Source of the DNA: an uncultured bacterium
Lineage (GTDB): Bacteria > Pseudomonadota > Gammaproteobacteria > Burkholderiales > SG8-39
DNA length: 64,000 nt
Direction: 5' to 3'
Assembly (NCBI GenBank): GCA_965233165.1
Contig: CBDDRX010000087.1
Span: 35-64,034, forward strand
The notes under the pieces were generated by a model. The model saw nothing but the letters and a program-made list of their open reading frames with translations, made no database searches and was not told the DNA's origin. This document shows, one piece after another, positions 39,687 to 49,110 of the stretch; position 1 is the stretch's first letter, and the number at the start of each line of letters is the position of its first letter. A program made the translations under genes and the position numbers.

Positions 39687-40538
39687 GGCGGCGAATCCAT
39701 GGCGGACTGAGGGCGAGCAGCACGAAGAGGAGGAGGTAGGCGACGAAGTCGCGCACCTGGGGGCCGAGGTACCACTGGCTGTGCGCCTCGATGATCCCGA
39801 GCGCCAGCCCGCCGATCACGGCGCCGGGCAGGGAGCCCAGGCCGCCGAGCATCATGGCGAGCATGCCCTTGAGCGTGGACCACATGCCGAGCATGGGCGT
39901 GACCTGCTCCTGCGTCGAGACGATCAGGAACCCGGCGATGCCGCCGATCGCGGCCGCCAGGGCGAAGACGAGCAGGAAGGTGCGCCCGACGTCGATCCCG
40001 GCGAGCTCCGCGGCGGTGCCGTGGTCCACGATCGCGCGCACGGCGATGCCGAAGCGCGTGCGATAGAGGAGCCAGCGCAGGAACACGCAGACCGCGGCCG
40101 CCGCGCCGATCATGACCAGCGACTCCAGGCGGAAGGTGAGCGGGCCGAGCGAGAGCGGCGCGGCCTCGAGGAGCGGCGGGAATGCGTAGATGTGCTGCGG
40201 CATCGCGAGGGAGACCAGCTCCTCGAGCTGCATCCAGAGCGCGAAGCTAGCGACCATCGCCGCGACCGCCGAGCCCTTGCGGTGCGGTGCGAACGACAGG
40301 CGCTCGACGTACACGCTCGCCGCGACCGCGCCGGCCACCACGGCCACGAAGAGGACGCCGATCCCGGCGTCGAAGCGCAGCGACAGCCAGGCCGCGCCGT
40401 AGCAGCCGACCATGATCGCGGGGCCGAACGAAAGGTTGACCTTCCTCAGGACCCCGAAGATGAGCGTGAAGCCGACGGCGAGCAGCGCATACGACGACCC
40501 AAGCGCCAGGCCGTCAAGGGAATTCTGAAAAAAATCGA

Positions 40539-40542
<4 letters not shown>
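39679..40542 (-). CDS. livH: ABC permease (LivH-like, second copy)
   Basis: GS.YALLAVGFTLIFG, RTRFG.A.RA, LGGLGSLPGA. Confidence 0.9.
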
Positions 40543-41243
<701 letters not shown>

Positions 41244-41245
41244 GG

Positions 41246-41989
41246 TCAGGCGCCTCCCAGGTAGGCCTTCTTGACGGCCGGGTCGTTCTGGATCGCCGCC
41301 GGCGTCCCCTCGGCGATCTTGCGGCCGAAGTTGAGGACCGCGATGCGGTCGGTGACGCCCATGACCAGCTCCATGACGTGCTCGACGAGGACCACGGTGA
41401 TCCCTTTCTCGCGCGTGCGCAGGATCCGCTCGCGCAACTGGCCGACTTCCTCGCTGTTCATGCCGGCGGCCGGCTCGTCGAGCAGCAGCAGCTTCGGCCG
41501 CGTGGCGAGGGCGCGCGCCAGCTCGAGGCGCCGCTGCTCGCCGAAGGCGAGGTTCGCCGCCAGCTCGTCGCGCTTGTGCGCGAGGCCGGAGAACTCGAGC
41601 AGCGCCAGGATCTCGTCGCGCACGCCCTTCTGCCCGCCGAGCCAGCGCGTCAGGAATCCGTGCCGGGCGCGGTCCTCGGGCGAGTTCTGCGCCACCCAGA
41701 GGTTCTGCCAGACCGTGAGCTGGCCGAACAGGCGGATGTTCTGGAACGTGCGCGAAATCCCGAGGTGCAGCCGCCTGTGCGTGGGCAGGTCGTTCAGATT
41801 TTGATTCTTAAATAGAATTTCTCCTGAAGTCACCGGGAACAGCCCTGTGATCACATTCACGGCGGTGCTCTTCCCGGAGCCGTTCGGGCCGATCAGGCCG
41901 AGGATTTCCCCTTCGCGCACCTGCAGGTCGAGCCCGTCGATGGCCTTCACGCCGCCGAAGTGACGGGAAACGGACTTCAGCTCAAGCAC
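41246..41989 (-). CDS. livG: ABC ATPase (LivG-like)
   Basis: GPNGSGKS, RTFQN, DEPAAG, VEH, AYLG. Confidence 0.94.
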   Translation of the reverse strand: MLELKSVSRHFGGVKAIDGLDLQVREGEILGLIGPNGSGKSTAVNVITGLFPVTSGEILFKNQNLNDLPTHRRLHLGISRTFQNIRLFGQLTVWQNLWVAQNSPEDRARHGFLTRWLGGQKGVRDEILALLEFSGLAHKRDELAANLAFGEQRRLELARALATRPKLLLLDEPAAGMNSEEVGQLRERILRTREKGITVVLVEHVMELVMGVTDRIAVLNFGRKIAEGTPAAIQNDPAVKKAYLGGA

Positions 41990-42845
41990 GCCGCCTCCCG
42001 AAGAAGCCCTGGGGACGCAGGTTCATGGCGAGCACGATGAGCGCGCCGAAAAGCAGGTTGCGCCAGTCGCCCAGGCCGCGCAGGCCCTCGATCAGGAAAC
42101 CCTGGACGAAGATCACCGCCGCCACGGTGCCGAAGACGTTGGAGAGCCCGCCGACGATTGGGTAGGCGATCGCGAAGGTCGCCAGCAGGACGTTGAAGTT
42201 CGCGTGCTCGATGTGCGTCGTGTAATGCGCGTAGAGGCCCCCGCCCACCCCGGCGATCGCGCCGCCGACCGTGAACGCGCTCACCTTCACCGCGGTGAGG
42301 TTGAGGCCGACCGACTGCGCCGCGATCTCGTCCTCGCCGACCGCGCGCAGGACTGCGCCGTAGCGCGAGCGGTCGAACCACCAGAGGAGCGCGAGCACCG
42401 CGATGGCGACGGCCCAGATGAACAGCATCACCTCGCCGGTGGTCCAGCCGTTCTCCGGGAAGAAGCGGATCTGGCGGAAGCCCTCGCCGCCGAGCGGGCC
42501 GACCGTCACGTTGCCCTTGGCGATCTGGTAGTCGAAGTTGAAGAAGAACAGGCGCACGGCCTCGCCGAAGGCGAGCGTGGCGACCACCAGCATCAGCCCC
42601 TTCACCCGCAGGGCGGGGAAGCCGACGATGCAGGCCGTGATCGCGCCGGTGATCGCGCTGACGCCGAGCGCGGGCACGAGGTGCCAGCCGGCGAGCACCG
42701 TCAGCATCCCGGCGGTGTAGGCGCCGATCGCGAAGAAGGCGGCCTGCGCCATGGTGACCTGCCCGGTGAGCAGCACGATGTACGCCGACAGGCCGAGCAG
42801 CGTGTGGATCCCGATGATCTGCCCGAGGCCGTAGTAGAAGTCCAT
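41982..42845 (-). CDS. livM: ABC permease (LivM-like, first copy)
   Basis: TGATG overlap; GQVTMAQAAFFAIGAY, LRVKG..L.VATLAFGE. Confidence 0.9.
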   Translation of the reverse strand: MDFYYGLGQIIGIHTLLGLSAYIVLLTGQVTMAQAAFFAIGAYTAGMLTVLAGWHLVPALGVSAITGAITACIVGFPALRVKGLMLVVATLAFGEAVRLFFFNFDYQIAKGNVTVGPLGGEGFRQIRFFPENGWTTGEVMLFIWAVAIAVLALLWWFDRSRYGAVLRAVGEDEIAAQSVGLNLTAVKVSAFTVGGAIAGVGGGLYAHYTTHIEHANFNVLLATFAIAYPIVGGLSNVFGTVAAVIFVQGFLIEGLRGLGDWRNLLFGALIVLAMNLRPQGFFGRRRA

Positions 42846-43732
42846 CAGTCGCGGCCTCCCTTTGCGGCGAAAATCCCTCCGGGCCTGAAGAAGAGGAAGA
42901 CAAAGAGCAAGAGCATCACGTACAGGTCGCGCTCGGTGACGCCGCGGAACATCTGGAACACGCTCTCGAAGCCGCCGACGAGGAGGCCGGCGACGATCGC
43001 ACCCGGGATGCTGCCCAGGCCGCCGATGACGGTGACGATGAGGCCTTTCACGGTGAGCGGCCCGGTGAGGAGCGGCGAGAGCGCGCCGACCGAGGCGCCG
43101 ATCATCGCGCCCGCGAGGCCGCCGAGCAGGCCGGTGATGACGAACGTGGCGGCGTTGACGCGCGCCACGCGGATGCCGCAGAGCTGGGCGGCCACGGGCT
43201 GCTGCGCGACCGCGCGCGTGGCGAGACCCAGGCGCGTGCGGTACAGGAGGCCGAGCAGGCCGATCATGCATAGCACCGAGAGCGTGAAGACGAGCAGCAG
43301 GTCGCCGCGCAGCGTGTACTCGCCGAAGCGCATCATCACGTCGCTGAACAGCGCTGGATAGTTGAGAGGCAGGCCGTCGGTGGCGTGGACGACCACCTCG
43401 TCGATCAGGAGCAGCATCCCGACGGTGGCCATCAGCGTCGCGAGCGCGTTGGACGAGGGAATGAAGTGGAAGCAGGCGAGATACACCAGCCAGCCGAGCA
43501 CGCCGCCGGCGAGGAAGGCGGCGAAGAACACGATCCAGGCCGGCACCTCCGCCCAGAAGACCCCGAGGATCAGCAGGCCGGCGTACGCGCCGCCGACCGA
43601 CGCCGCGGCGTAGGCGAGGTTCAGCTTGTGCATCACGCCGAAGACGAGCGTGAAGCCGATCCCGATCAGCGCGTAGGTCGCGCCGAACAGGATCCCGTCG
43701 GAAACCGCCTGGAGGAAGTCGAGCATGGGCAA
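42845..43732 (-). CDS. livH: ABC permease (LivH-like, first copy)
   Basis: GATYALIGIGFTLVFGV, RTRLGLA.RA, IGGLGSIPGA; start may be ATG 43726. Confidence 0.9.
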   Translation of the reverse strand: MPMLDFLQAVSDGILFGATYALIGIGFTLVFGVMHKLNLAYAAASVGGAYAGLLILGVFWAEVPAWIVFFAAFLAGGVLGWLVYLACFHFIPSSNALATLMATVGMLLLIDEVVVHATDGLPLNYPALFSDVMMRFGEYTLRGDLLLVFTLSVLCMIGLLGLLYRTRLGLATRAVAQQPVAAQLCGIRVARVNAATFVITGLLGGLAGAMIGASVGALSPLLTGPLTVKGLIVTVIGGLGSIPGAIVAGLLVGGFESVFQMFRGVTERDLYVMLLLFVFLFFRPGGIFAAKGGRD

Positions 43733-43762
43733 AAAAACGGGCGCAGGTGCCTGCGCCCGTTG
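43731..43762 (-). terminator. Intrinsic terminator or stabilising hairpin after the binding-protein gene
   Basis: Minus strand AACGGGCGCAGG-CA-CCTGCGCCCG-TTTTTTT. Confidence 0.8.
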
Positions 43763-43778
43763 TTTCCTGTTGCGCCGT

Positions 43779-44975
43779 CTACTGGAGCGGGTTGTGGAGA
43801 ACGACCCAGTTGTTCCCCTTGGCCGTCACGAACAGGTAGGGCTTGTCCGCCTCGCGGTCGTCGGTGCGCTTGTTGACGCCGAGCAGCCCCTTGGTTTCCT
43901 TGAGCTTCGCCAGGCCGTCGCGGATCTTGCGCCGGTCCTCCTGCACCTTCGACTTGTCGCCGGAGATCTTCTCCGACTCCATGACGTCCTTCAGGATGAA
44001 CACGTTCTCCCACGCCGCCATGGAGTGGAGGTCCGCCGCGCCCTTGAACTTCGCCGTGGTCTCGGCGGCGAACTTCGCTTCCTTGGTGACCGGCGCGAAG
44101 GAGCTCGGGATGATCATGCCCTGCGCCTGCTTCGAGCAGCCCTTCAGCGTCTCGAGCGACGAGGAGCTGGTCAGGCCGACCAGGACCTTGGGCTTCACGC
44201 CCTGGCGCTCCATCTCCTTCAGCGCGCCGCACATCGAGACCGGGTGGGCGGAGATGGCGACGATGTCCGCGTTCGCCCGCTTCATCTCGCGCGCCTGGGT
44301 GGCGAAGTTGGTGTCCGCGAGGAGCCACTTCGACTCGCCCAGCACCTGGAAGTTGTTCGCCTGGGCGCGGTCCTTCATGATCACGTGCCAGGAGGCGCGC
44401 GAGTGCGCGAAGTCCTCCTCGACGCCGCCGTAGACGGTCTTCAGCTCGGGGTGCTTGGTGCGCAGCCAGTAGAAGAGCGAGGAGTACATCGTCATCTCGT
44501 TCGGCACGTTGCGGAACGCCCACTCCGAGATCTTCGCCAGCCCGACCTTGACCGCCACGTCGGTGAAGATGGGCATCTGCAGGCCGGAATCGCTCGCGTC
44601 GCCGACCTTCTTCTGCAGCACGCCGAAGAGCGGCTCGGCGACGTTGGAGCACGTCGGTCCGACGGCGATCACGGCGTCGGTGCCGTGGATGCGGCGGACC
44701 ACGGAGATGCCTTCCTCGGCCGTGCAGCGGTCGTCGTAGAACTCGATGGCGATCTTCGCCTTGGAGCCGTCGGCGAGCTTCACGCCGCCCGCCTTGTTGA
44801 TGACGTCGGCCGCGGCCAGCATTGCCGCCTCGCTGTTGACGCCGAAGGAGCGCACCGGCCCGGTCTTCGCGCCGAAGCCTGCGATCTTGATGGTCTTCTC
44901 CTGCGCGAGCACCGGGGCGGCGCTCAGGGCGCACACCGCGAATGCCGCCGAAACTGCCAGGGCGATCTTCTTCAC
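43779..44975 (-). CDS. Liv-type ABC substrate-binding protein
   Basis: Signal peptide; INKAGG, YDDRC, GPTCS, WAFR motifs; GGAGG SD. Confidence 0.9.
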   Translation of the reverse strand: MKKIALAVSAAFAVCALSAAPVLAQEKTIKIAGFGAKTGPVRSFGVNSEAAMLAAADVINKAGGVKLADGSKAKIAIEFYDDRCTAEEGISVVRRIHGTDAVIAVGPTCSNVAEPLFGVLQKKVGDASDSGLQMPIFTDVAVKVGLAKISEWAFRNVPNEMTMYSSLFYWLRTKHPELKTVYGGVEEDFAHSRASWHVIMKDRAQANNFQVLGESKWLLADTNFATQAREMKRANADIVAISAHPVSMCGALKEMERQGVKPKVLVGLTSSSSLETLKGCSKQAQGMIIPSSFAPVTKEAKFAAETTAKFKGAADLHSMAAWENVFILKDVMESEKISGDKSKVQEDRRKIRDGLAKLKETKGLLGVNKRTDDREADKPYLFVTAKGNNWVVLHNPLQ

Positions 44976-45031
44976 TTGAATCCTCCTCCTCAGGTAGATT
45001 TGCCGGGCCAGTGTAAATCCGGGAGAAGCCC

Positions 45032-46672
45032 ATGGGGAAGTCCGTGAAGAAGAAATCCAACGGTGGATCGCAGCGCCGTGCTGCAGTGCGGAAAAATCTT
45101 TGGAGCGGCCTCCAGCCCGGCCAGGCGAACTTCACCGCGCTCTCGCCGATCGTCTTCCTGCCGCGCGCAGCCGAGATCTATCCCGACCGCACGGCGGTCG
45201 TGCACGGCGCCATGCGCATCAGCTATGCGCGGCTTTACGAGCGGGCGAAGCGCCTGGCGTCGGCGCTGCGCAAGAGCGGCGTGAAGCCCGGGGACGTCGT
45301 CTCCGCGATGCTGCCGAACCTGCCGCCGATGCTCGACTGCCACTATGGTGTGCCGATGTCCGGGGCGGTGCTGAACACGATCAACACGCGCCTCGACGCC
45401 GACACCGTCGCCTACATCCTCGAGCACGCGGAAGCCAAGATCTTCATCTGCGACAGGATGTTCGCCGCGGTTACCGGCCCGGCGCTGAAGAAGCTCAAGC
45501 GCAAGATCCTGGTCATCGACGCCGATGACGACTACGAGGGCTTCCTGAAGAAGGGCGACCCGGACTTCAAGTGGTCGCTGCCGGAATCCGAAACCGCGCC
45601 GATCGCGCTCAACTACACCTCCGGGACGACCGGACGGCCGAAAGGCGTCGTCTACCACCACCGCGGCACCTTCCTCGAGTCCTGCGGCAACATAATGGCA
45701 TGGGCGATGCCGGCGCAGCCCGTGTACCTCTGGACGCTGCCGATGTTCCACTGCAACGGCTGGTGCTTCCCCTGGTCGGTCACCGCGATGGGCGGCACGC
45801 ACGTCTGCCTGCGCGCCGTCGACCCGAAGGCCATCTTCGAGCTCATCGTCGAGCACAGCGTCACCCACATGTGCGGCGCGCCGACCGTGCTCACCATGCT
45901 CATCTCCGCACCGCCCGAGCAAAGGAAGAAGTTCAACAACCTCGTGCACATCCAGACCGGCGGCTCGCCGCCCCCGGCCAAGGTCATCAAGGAAATGGAG
46001 CAGCTCGGCTTCAAGGTGCTGCACATCTACGGCATGACCGAGCTGCAGGGCCCGTCCACGTTCTGCGCGCCCCAGGAGGGATGGTCTTCTCTCACCGAGG
46101 AGCAGCGCGCCAACGAGATGGCGAAGCAGGGTGTGCGCTACCAGGTGGTCGAAGGCCACATCGTCGGCGACCCGAAGACCTGCAAGCCGGTGAAGAAGGA
46201 CGGCGAGTCCATCGGAGAGGTCCTCATCCAGGGCAACACGGTGATGCTCGGCTACCTCAAGGACCCCAAGGCCACCGCCGATGCCTTCGCCGGCGGCTGG
46301 ATGCACACCGGCGACCTCGCCGTCTGGCACCCGACCAACTACATCGAGATCAAGGACCGCAAGAAGGACATCATCATCTCCGGCGGCGAGAACATCTCCT
46401 CCGTCGAAGTCGAGATCGCCCTATATAAGCATCCCGCGACGCAACTCGCGGCGGTGGTGGCCCGCCCCGACGAGAAGTGGGGCGAGACCCCCTGCGCCTT
46501 CGTCCAGCTCAAGCCCGGCGCCAGCGCCACCGAGCAGGAGTACATCGACTGGTGCCGCCAGAACCTCGCCCGCTACAAGGTCCCCAAGAAAGTAGTCTTC
46601 GGCCCCGTCCCCACCACCGCCACCGGCAAGATCCAGAAGTTCGTCCTCCGCGAACGCGCCAAAGGGCTTTGA
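45032..46672 (+). CDS. Acyl-CoA synthetase (AMP-binding, AlkK/DmdB-like)
   Basis: NYTSGTTGRPKG, LPMFHCNGW, YGMTE, HTGD, DRKKDIIISGGENI, TATGKIQK. Confidence 0.93.
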   Translation: MGKSVKKKSNGGSQRRAAVRKNLWSGLQPGQANFTALSPIVFLPRAAEIYPDRTAVVHGAMRISYARLYERAKRLASALRKSGVKPGDVVSAMLPNLPPMLDCHYGVPMSGAVLNTINTRLDADTVAYILEHAEAKIFICDRMFAAVTGPALKKLKRKILVIDADDDYEGFLKKGDPDFKWSLPESETAPIALNYTSGTTGRPKGVVYHHRGTFLESCGNIMAWAMPAQPVYLWTLPMFHCNGWCFPWSVTAMGGTHVCLRAVDPKAIFELIVEHSVTHMCGAPTVLTMLISAPPEQRKKFNNLVHIQTGGSPPPAKVIKEMEQLGFKVLHIYGMTELQGPSTFCAPQEGWSSLTEEQRANEMAKQGVRYQVVEGHIVGDPKTCKPVKKDGESIGEVLIQGNTVMLGYLKDPKATADAFAGGWMHTGDLAVWHPTNYIEIKDRKKDIIISGGENISSVEVEIALYKHPATQLAAVVARPDEKWGETPCAFVQLKPGASATEQEYIDWCRQNLARYKVPKKVVFGPVPTTATGKIQKFVLRERAKGL

Positions 46673-47145
46673 CTATGAGGCTACTCCACGGTGCTTGCGT
46701 TGATCGGTTTACAACTTGGCGGGTTGTAAGTCGCCACAGTTCAGATACTTCGCGTTAGGCTGCGAAGACACTCCATGGGAGAACTTGACGCCGTATCAAT
46801 CTTCGCGAGCCTAGTGCTTACATGGGGTATCGGCCTCGCTCCTCCGTTGATCATTCAAAATTCCGGAAGGCTCGTTTGAATTCAAGGCCTGCAAGGATCA
46901 TCGCGAGAAGGGCAAACGGAAGAAATCGTATGGTGTCGCAGGCTAACGCAGCGCAGGCCGACGCCAAACTTATTACGGCGGTCGATTCAAGGCAACCGCT
47001 GTGAAGTTGAGCAGCTTGCCCCGGTGTTCAGGTGAAGGACGTTGCGGCAGCGCTGGATCTTCATTTGAACTACACCGATAGCTATAGCGCTGCGTCGGCA
47101 TACGGGCCTAGGTAAGCAGCCTATAATTCGGCGCTGGAGGTCAAC

Positions 47146-47343
47146 ATGAAGTATCGGATAGCACTTCACAAGTCGGAGGATGGCTACAGCGTGTCAGTAC
47201 CCGGCCTCCCCGGTTGCTGGTCTCAAGGCGCCTCGGAGCAGGAGGCAGTGGAGAACATCCGTGATGCCATCCGCGAGTATCTTTCTGTGGTCGACGAGCA
47301 GCTCCGCGGCGAGGACATCCGCGAAATCGAAGTAACTGTCTAG
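47146..47343 (+). CDS. hicB: HicB-family antitoxin (short form)
   Basis: GYSVSVPGLPGCWSQG.S..EA..NIRDAI..YL; TATAAT and GGAGG upstream. Confidence 0.9.
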   Translation: MKYRIALHKSEDGYSVSVPGLPGCWSQGASEQEAVENIRDAIREYLSVVDEQLRGEDIREIEVTV

Positions 47344-47345
47344 CC

Positions 47346-47558
47346 TTGCCGAGCATTCCGGGCGTCAATCATCTCGACGCCGTCCGTGCGCTGGAGAAAG
47401 CCGGTTTCCGGATCGTGCGCCAAGGCAAACACATCGTCATGAGCAACGGTCAGCGCATCATTGTCGTTCCTCGCAACAACCCGGTAAATGCATTCACCAT
47501 GGGTGGTATCGCTCGCGACGCCGGGCTTTCCGTTGAGCAGTTCCGTGAACTTCTGTAG
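47346..47558 (+). CDS. hicA: HicA-family toxin
   Basis: AVRALEKAGF.IVRQGKHI, VVP, TMGGIARDAGLSVEQF..LL. Confidence 0.9.
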   Translation: MPSIPGVNHLDAVRALEKAGFRIVRQGKHIVMSNGQRIIVVPRNNPVNAFTMGGIARDAGLSVEQFRELL

Positions 47559-47636
47559 GCCGATGGCACGCATAGCTGTTTGTTCTTTTGGACGGGCCAC
47601 GCACCGTATCGATTCGTACCGGAATCATGCACTCCG

Positions 47637-47918
47637 ATGAAGCGCAACGACTTTAGGATCGGCCAGGAGTTTTGGTGCGGCGGCAAACGCTGGCGCTGCA
47701 CCGATATTGGAACCCGCGTCGTGATAGCGATTTGTCTGGAACCGCACGAAGTTGTGAGGTGGGAGGCGGGCGAACGGCTGGAGGATGTGCGCACCAGTCG
47801 CCGCATGACGGATGACGCTTCGTGGCATAACGGTCCGCCGTATGCACTCGAGGAATGCGTCTTCGATGAGTACGATATGGCAGTGTGTTCACTGCAACCG
47901 GATGCGGTGGCGTCTTGA
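47637..47918 (+). CDS. Conserved-looking hypothetical protein
   Basis: DFRIGQEFWCGGKRWRCTDIGTR...SWHNGPPYA..E.VFDE; protein-like composition, function unknown. Confidence 0.6.
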   Translation: MKRNDFRIGQEFWCGGKRWRCTDIGTRVVIAICLEPHEVVRWEAGERLEDVRTSRRMTDDASWHNGPPYALEECVFDEYDMAVCSLQPDAVAS

Positions 47919-47940
47919 CGGCTACAGCGACACCGGAAAC

Positions 47941-48117
47941 ATGTTGACCTTCACCATTCAGCACGAACAGGAAGACGACGGGCGTTGGATTGCAGAAGTC
48001 CTTGAGCTGCCGGGCGTCCTTGTCTACGGTGCAACCGCTGACGAAGCCAGGGTGAAGGTTGGAGTTTTGGCTCTAAGCGCGCTCGCGGAGCACACCGAAG
48101 CCAAGCCACTCGAGTAG
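47941..48117 (+). CDS. Orphan or truncated HicB-like antitoxin
   Basis: EQEDDGRWIAEV.ELPGVLVYG.T..EA; no toxin partner; 58 aa. Confidence 0.7.
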   Translation: MLTFTIQHEQEDDGRWIAEVLELPGVLVYGATADEARVKVGVLALSALAEHTEAKPLE

Positions 48118-48190
48118 CGCGCTCGCAGCTCTCGATCGAATGCCGGAACATGCGAGTCTCGCGCTGCCGAACGGAACGATGATCCAATAG

Positions 48191-48215
48191 GAAATCGGTA
48201 GCTGTCCCCGATTTC
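48191..48215. repeat. REP-like palindrome at the islet boundary
   Basis: GAAATCGG-TAGCTGTCC-CCGATTTC (minus strand contains GGGGACAG). Confidence 0.6.
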
Positions 48216-49110
48216 AGCGGTCGAGGGTCTGGTCGTCGTAGGAGGCGGGGTCGGAGATGGGCTCGATGTGGCTTTCGATCGAGGCGTTCGGGACGAGGGA
48301 GCGGATGCGCGACTCGATTTCCTCGGAGAGTTGGTGCGCGTGCGAGACGGTCCACTCGTCGGGGACGAGGAGGTGGAAGCTGACGAAGCGGCGCGCGCCG
48401 GCATGGCGGGTGCGCAGGGCGTGGAAGGCCACGCCGTAGCGCTTCGAGTACTCGGCGAGGATCTTGTCGATCTCCTGCACCTCGTCGCGCGGGATGGCGG
48501 CGTCGAGGAGCCCGAGCACCGAGCGGCGCATGAGGCCCACGCCGGCCCAGACGATGTGGATGCCCACGGCGATGGCGATGAGCGGGTCGAGGACCAGCCA
48601 GCCCGTGAGCGCGACGATCGTCACGCCGCAGATCACGCCGGCGGAAGTCCAGACGTCGGTCATCAGGTGCCGGCCGTCCGCTTCCAGCGTGATGCTGTGG
48701 CTCGCGCGGCCGACGCGGATCAGGAGCAACCCGACGGACAGGTTGACGACCGCGGCGACGGCGCTGATCGCGAGCCCGAGCGCCGGCTCATCCAGCGGCG
48801 TGGGGTTGAGGAGGCGCGGCAGCGCGGTGGCGATGATGCCTGCGGCCGCGACGACGATCAGCGTTCCCTCGATGCCCGCCGACAGGTACTCGGCCTTCGA
48901 CATGCCGTACGGGTGCTTCGCATCGGGCGGCGAGGCCGCGACCCGGAGCATCCAGAGGGCGAGGAGGGCGGCGCCGAGGTTGACGAAGCCCTCTAGGGCG
49001 TCGGAGAGCAGGCCGACCGAGCCGGTGAGCCACCAGGCCCACCACTTCAGCGACAGGGTGAGGAGGGCCGCCCCGATGGACAGCCAGGCGTAGCCCTGGA
49101 GGGTTTTCAG
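48214..49110 (-). CDS. Cation diffusion facilitator (FieF-like)
   Basis: TGSVGLLSDALE, PPD..HPYG..KAEY, ADGRHLMTD, HLLVP, HIEP; apparent CTG start overlapping the upstream TGA. Confidence 0.9.
   Translation of the reverse strand: MKTLQGYAWLSIGAALLTLSLKWWAWWLTGSVGLLSDALEGFVNLGAALLALWMLRVAASPPDAKHPYGMSKAEYLSAGIEGTLIVVAAAGIIATALPRLLNPTPLDEPALGLAISAVAAVVNLSVGLLLIRVGRASHSITLEADGRHLMTDVWTSAGVICGVTIVALTGWLVLDPLIAIAVGIHIVWAGVGLMRRSVLGLLDAAIPRDEVQEIDKILAEYSKRYGVAFHALRTRHAGARRFVSFHLLVPDEWTVSHAHQLSEEIESRIRSLVPNASIESHIEPISDPASYDDQTLDR

Larger units (their letters stand above)
46673..48215. mobile_element. Small lower-GC accessory islet (TA genes and gene fragments) between convergent genes
   Basis: Abrupt change in base and codon usage after the acyl-CoA synthetase stop; contains hicBA, an orphan hicB and fragments; no integrase or transposase. 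Confidence 0.55.

Noticed and set aside
46673-48215. Prophage, IS element or complete integron
   Set aside because: No integrase, transposase, phage gene, terminal inverted repeats or complete attC site can be seen
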